From Mobula birostris (Eukaryota), in assembly GCF_030028105.1 (NCBI RefSeq), contig NC_092376.1, positions 85,386,733 to 85,450,732 on the forward strand: DNA of 64,000 nt, read 5' to 3'. Of this stretch, positions 62,780-64,000 are shown piece by piece; the first letter of the stretch is position 1, and each line of letters starts with the position of its first letter. Below the pieces are notes generated by a model, which was not told the origin of the DNA, did not search any database, and saw only the letters and a program-made list of their open reading frames with translations. The translations under genes and the position numbers were made by a program.

Positions 62780-63269
62780 TCATGGCATATCAGGCAGCAG
62801 TAAGCTCTGCCCTCCTTTTTGTTTCTGAAACCTGGGCTGCCTACAGCAGATATTTCAAGGAACTTGAAAAATACCACAAACATCGTCTCCACAAAATCTT
62901 TGAAAATCACTGGAACATACTTGAGTTGGTGTCATCAGCCAGGCTAGCATCCCCAGCACTGAGGCTTTAATTACAATCAGCTATCAACTCAGGGCAGGTC
63001 ATGTCATTCACATAGCCAGTACCAAAACACACACTCTATTCTGAGCACTGTCATAGGGGGGTAGAGGAAAAGGTTTAAGAATGTGCACAAAGTTTCTTTG
63101 ATGAAGTGCAGCATCCTCACCTCACCAACCACACACCTGCCTCTCTCAGACAGCTCCCAGTCTATGTGAGAGAGACTCTGCGATTCCATAGAGGCTTGTA
63201 AGTCACCTCGGAACCTATAAATCTGGAGTAGAAGCAAACCCTCCTTGACCATGAAGGACTGATCAAGAA
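62780..63269 (+). mobile_element. Old RTE/BovB-like 3' fragment
   Basis: YQAAVSSALLFVSETWAAYSRYFKELEKYHKHRLHKI (RTE C-terminal YxAxV...ETW motif); AAG-type end. Confidence 0.75.
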
Positions 63270-63293
63270 GTGTGTGTGTGTGTGTGTGTGTGT
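63270..63293. repeat. (GT)n microsatellite
   Basis: ~12 GT units directly visible. Confidence 0.98.
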
Positions 63294-64000
63294 AAGAACA
63301 TGCTTTGGATACATCAGAATCATACTACTCCAGAACCTACAACCTAGATCAAGGTAACCCACATAAGGGAATAGGGCCACTTGTTGGTGGATGTAAAATA
63401 AAAGGCTAGTCAGAAAATGAATGGTGTCTTCCTTATTAATTCAAATTTAACTTGGAGATCCTCCTTTCTTCCTTCACCGATTTTATTGAATGGCATATTA
63501 ATAGGATTAATAAATTATGAAAATGTTTACTCTGAAGCTACTTATTAAAGTATCCTATCTGAATCAGATGTACTGCTTGATTGCCTAAAATGATGCAGAG
63601 TTGGGATAAACTTCCAATCACTACTTTTACTTATGAATTCCACAAATGAGTCTTCATCAGACCTAATTTTTCCATCCTGACTTCTCCTCTGATCTTAAAT
63701 GAAACTCCCATATATAAATATCTTCTATTTGTGCAAAAGACTTAATATTTTTGCTTATCAAATCTTAAACAATGTACAAATATAAGGTTTGTTTTTTAGT
63801 TGCCCACCTTGAAATGCTCGTAAAAAACTTGATTTGCTGGATGATAGAAAGAACATGATCCATTCATTAAACCTTTTCACCATGATAATATTCACGCCAT
63901 GCATTGATAATGGAGTTGGAGATTAACATAGTCTTTCAAAACTGAATGAATTTCATGAGAACTTCTTTATTTGTAAGAGCTTTATTCATTTTTAGAAACC

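Overview
AT-rich, CpG-depleted eukaryotic DNA. The repeat content (abundant CR1, Rex-Babar-like and RTE LINEs, HE1/V-SINE-like tRNA SINEs, Penelope-like elements) points to a cartilaginous fish, probably a ray or skate; this is an inference. I recognise no host protein-coding gene, rRNA, tRNA gene or CRISPR array. Every long ORF in the track is decayed retrotransposon sequence or its antisense shadow. The window looks like a large intron or gene desert heavily occupied by layered, often nested, transposon relics. The most interesting structures are: (1) a Penelope-like element with ~280-bp inverted arms, each carrying a minimal hammerhead-ribozyme core, plus several further hammerhead relics including a back-to-back palindromic pair; (2) three distinct internally deleted non-autonomous RTE-derived elements, two with clear target-site duplications (TSDs); (3) two solo LTRs and a probable Gypsy pol fossil; (4) a Nimb/I-type 3' stem-loop tail next to an unexplained 66-codon open frame; (5) a few unassigned candidate exons with good splice signals. 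Family names come from motif recognition by eye, not database searches. I cannot support a claim of a new biological system here.
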